Origin: Tubiluchus corallicola
Lineage: Eukaryota > Animalia > Priapulida
NCBI GenBank assembly: GCA_030141605.1
Contig: JAQGDQ010000306.1
Span: 186,001-250,000 of the forward strand
Reading direction: 5' to 3'
Length of the DNA: 64,000 nt
Made by a program: the position numbers and the translations under genes. The notes beneath the pieces were generated by a model. It saw only the letters and a list, made by a program, of their open reading frames with translations, was not told where the DNA came from and made no database searches. How positions within the stretch are numbered: position 1 is the stretch's first letter; every line of letters begins with the position of its first letter. Below, in pieces: positions 62,201-64,000 of this stretch.

Positions 62201-63993
62201 TGTAAGAATAGCTCAGCGTGGCACTATTCTTAGCTGATCTCAGCAAGTTCACAAAGTTCTAAGTTTAGTTTATTTTAGTCTGTTCAAACTTTATGTATTT
62301 CCGGAAAAGACTACTAGGGTGCAATAGAAATGTTGGATTTTCTAATAAAAAATTAATAAAATTTATTATATAGAGCACATATATTTTTACAATTACAGGT
62401 GCAAATCTTAATCAAAATGATGAGTCCCATATATAAATCACATTGAAATTACCTCAGGTTAAAACAGTTCACATTTTACGATGACAATAATTTATGAAGA
62501 TATTTTTTAATAATTTAAAATATGATGTAGCTGATGAAACAAGTGTATCTATATATCTGGATGCTATAACTTTCGATACCATATAGCCACGATGATCAGA
62601 ATAAGGGATTTTGAAAGCAAAGTGGATTGTTGTTTTATTAAGTTTGATTAAGTAATTACTACAAGCTCGTTTCTTGCAGTCGTACAATTGTTTCAAAATC
62701 AATATTTAAGGCTTTACTGACCCTTTTTCTGATTTTTTAATGCCTTTACTTTCTTCAACTGATAATTTATAATGAAATAACTGGAAGTAGCAGTTATACT
62801 CTAAAATCCTCAGAATACTTGGTTAAATAATAACTAGTGCAAAATGACATCTACAGGTACTTGGTAAACAACAGTTGATTATATTTCCTCATATAATTTT
62901 AAATATGTTCTGAGAATTTCAAATCATCCTGAACTATAACACCTAAGAGCTTAAGAAGAAAGCTTTTGCACAAAAGCTCAACTAACACTTATACTCTCTA
63001 AAGTTATATGTGTATCAACTGTGAAATCAAACAGATTGTTAGTTCTCTGTTAGTTCATCTAGATCCTCTTTTGGATGATCCAGATCTATCAATAAGCATA
63101 AATTTTAAGCACAAAATGAATAGATTGGTCATAGTGAACACTTCACAAGTGTGAATCAAAGACTATCTCAACACTTTTCCAGTTGCATCTCTTAGGCCAA
63201 CAACAGAAATACTTCTGTCTCCGTCTAATCGCCCGTGTAATATTTTTTATCGCACACCCTGCCAGGAATTTTATAATTTTTTGGATGTTTACACACTTAC
63301 TTGACGCAGTCAATATAAAAGCGCATTTTTTATTTAGGACACAGCCACGTTTTTCCACGGCTAACCTTCGACCAGGGTTGCTGTTTTGTATGATGCTCAT
63401 AGTACTGGAGGCTAAAGAGTATCAAACTTTCCGACAAATCGGTGTACTAATGGCCTAGTAGTGTTGCCGCTTATACCACAATTATCAGAACATATTGCGT
63501 TCATGATACAAAGAAGAGACTATACAATAATAGAAAATTATATAATAATCTAGTGATGCAAAATTAAAAAAACAAAGCATGAAAAAAATGTGCATTCAAA
63601 AAATTTAAAACATTACTGCTAACCAGTAGGAAATAAACAAACTTTGATTTCAACTGATTTTAAATATTTCACGATTCAGCTTTAAACATTCACAAATCTT
63701 CAAAGAAAATTTTTTGAAAAAAAATGTCTTCCCTACTGACATCTTTTGGGCTCATGAGGTAAGACAGAAACGAATTTTTTTGTGGCCGGGCTAAACATTA
63801 GCCTTCGCACTGTATATTTACTTCAAAGCAAATATTACTAAAAAATCTAATTTTAAAATACCTTTGTAATAGGAAAGGATGGTGCATTGAGGTCCAGATG
63901 CAAATCATCTATAAAATTATCTAATAAAAGGATTAGATTAGCTTCTGGTCTATGAAAGGGACTGCCAGCTATCAAACCATTCCAATGCATTTC
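50275..63993 (-). CDS. ATP6AP2: (Pro)renin receptor / V-ATPase accessory protein 2, 5'-partial (last six exons)
   Basis: Exons 63993-63862 (EMHWNGLIAGSPFHRPEA), 62002-61910, 60200-60000 (ADLYFLSEMQII), 59124-58975 (LEKHRE..PDLF), 57444-57331 (YGDN..RKRR furin site), 50502-50275 (NLA..VVFNIFLW..TM..MDPGRDSIIYRMTSQRIKMD*). All junctions are phase 0. Upstream exons lie beyond the window. Candidate AATAAA at 48810-48805. Confidence 0.93.
50851..50890 (+). mobile_element. hAT-like non-autonomous element terminus (CAGGGCCGG...); a related opposite-end remnant lies at ~50080-50130
   Basis: cagggccggtttaacagtttgcgggcctag; and gggccctaggccaatggcctac...ggtaaatgtggccct. The two ends face away from each other, so they are not one element. 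Confidence 0.4.
54793..55156. mobile_element. MITE-like element with ~120-bp imperfect inverted arms
   Basis: atgcctacaccca..tagacatggttccat..tgtaccaacagcaacatttc..ggtcatgttcatgcattcctacctaataaaaata versus tatttttattagttaggagtgcatgaac..gaacatgacc..gaaatgttgcagttggtaca..atggaatcatgtcta..tgggtgctggcat. Confidence 0.8.
55475..55692. repeat. Diverged ~80-85 bp tandem repeat (about 2.6 copies)
   Basis: Core aatta[g/c]ttcagtNNtattaaagaaataa recurs at ~55484, 55568 and 55647; an adjacent duplicated tatttgaactaatactt occurs at 55407 and 55437. Confidence 0.75.
60916..61212. repeat. 148-bp tandem duplication (2 near-identical copies)
   Basis: gtttgaatgaaca.cagaataaa...ggaaaacc.gatg starts at 60916 and 61064, with about five substitutions. 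Confidence 0.95.
61195..61695. mobile_element. TTAA-target (T2/Kolobok-type) MITE
   Basis: TTAA-AGGAAAACCGGATGA...TCGTCCGGTTTCCT-TTAA termini; central TGACGTCA palindrome at ~61451. Confidence 0.65.
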
Positions 63994-64000
63994 CTATACA

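Overview
AT-rich, intron-containing animal (invertebrate-looking) genomic DNA; the species cannot be determined from the sequence. Exons were assembled by hand from GT/AG signals, phase and remembered homology. Content: (1) the 3' end of a + strand FN3/Thr-stalk/TM membrane-protein gene; then four co-oriented - strand genes: (2) complete 7-exon CFAP298 (290 aa), (3) a Golgi alpha-mannosidase II-family (GH38) gene whose 1091-aa CDS is a single exon, (4) complete 5-exon SHOX/SHOX2 homeobox gene (284 aa), and (5) the last six exons of ATP6AP2, with a probable GC-AG intron. There are also three decayed LINE fragments, several MITE-like inverted repeats and microsatellites. Most notable: a candidate internal TATA promoter and alternative first exon inside the SHOX homeodomain intron that would give a truncated isoform; an apparently exact 3 x 721 bp triplication in that same intron; and a mannosidase that lacks the GlcNAc-anchor motifs (ManIII/IIb-like), is intronless, and carries an overlapping uORF. 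No tRNA, rRNA or CRISPR array is supported. All homology statements are from memory, not from searches.
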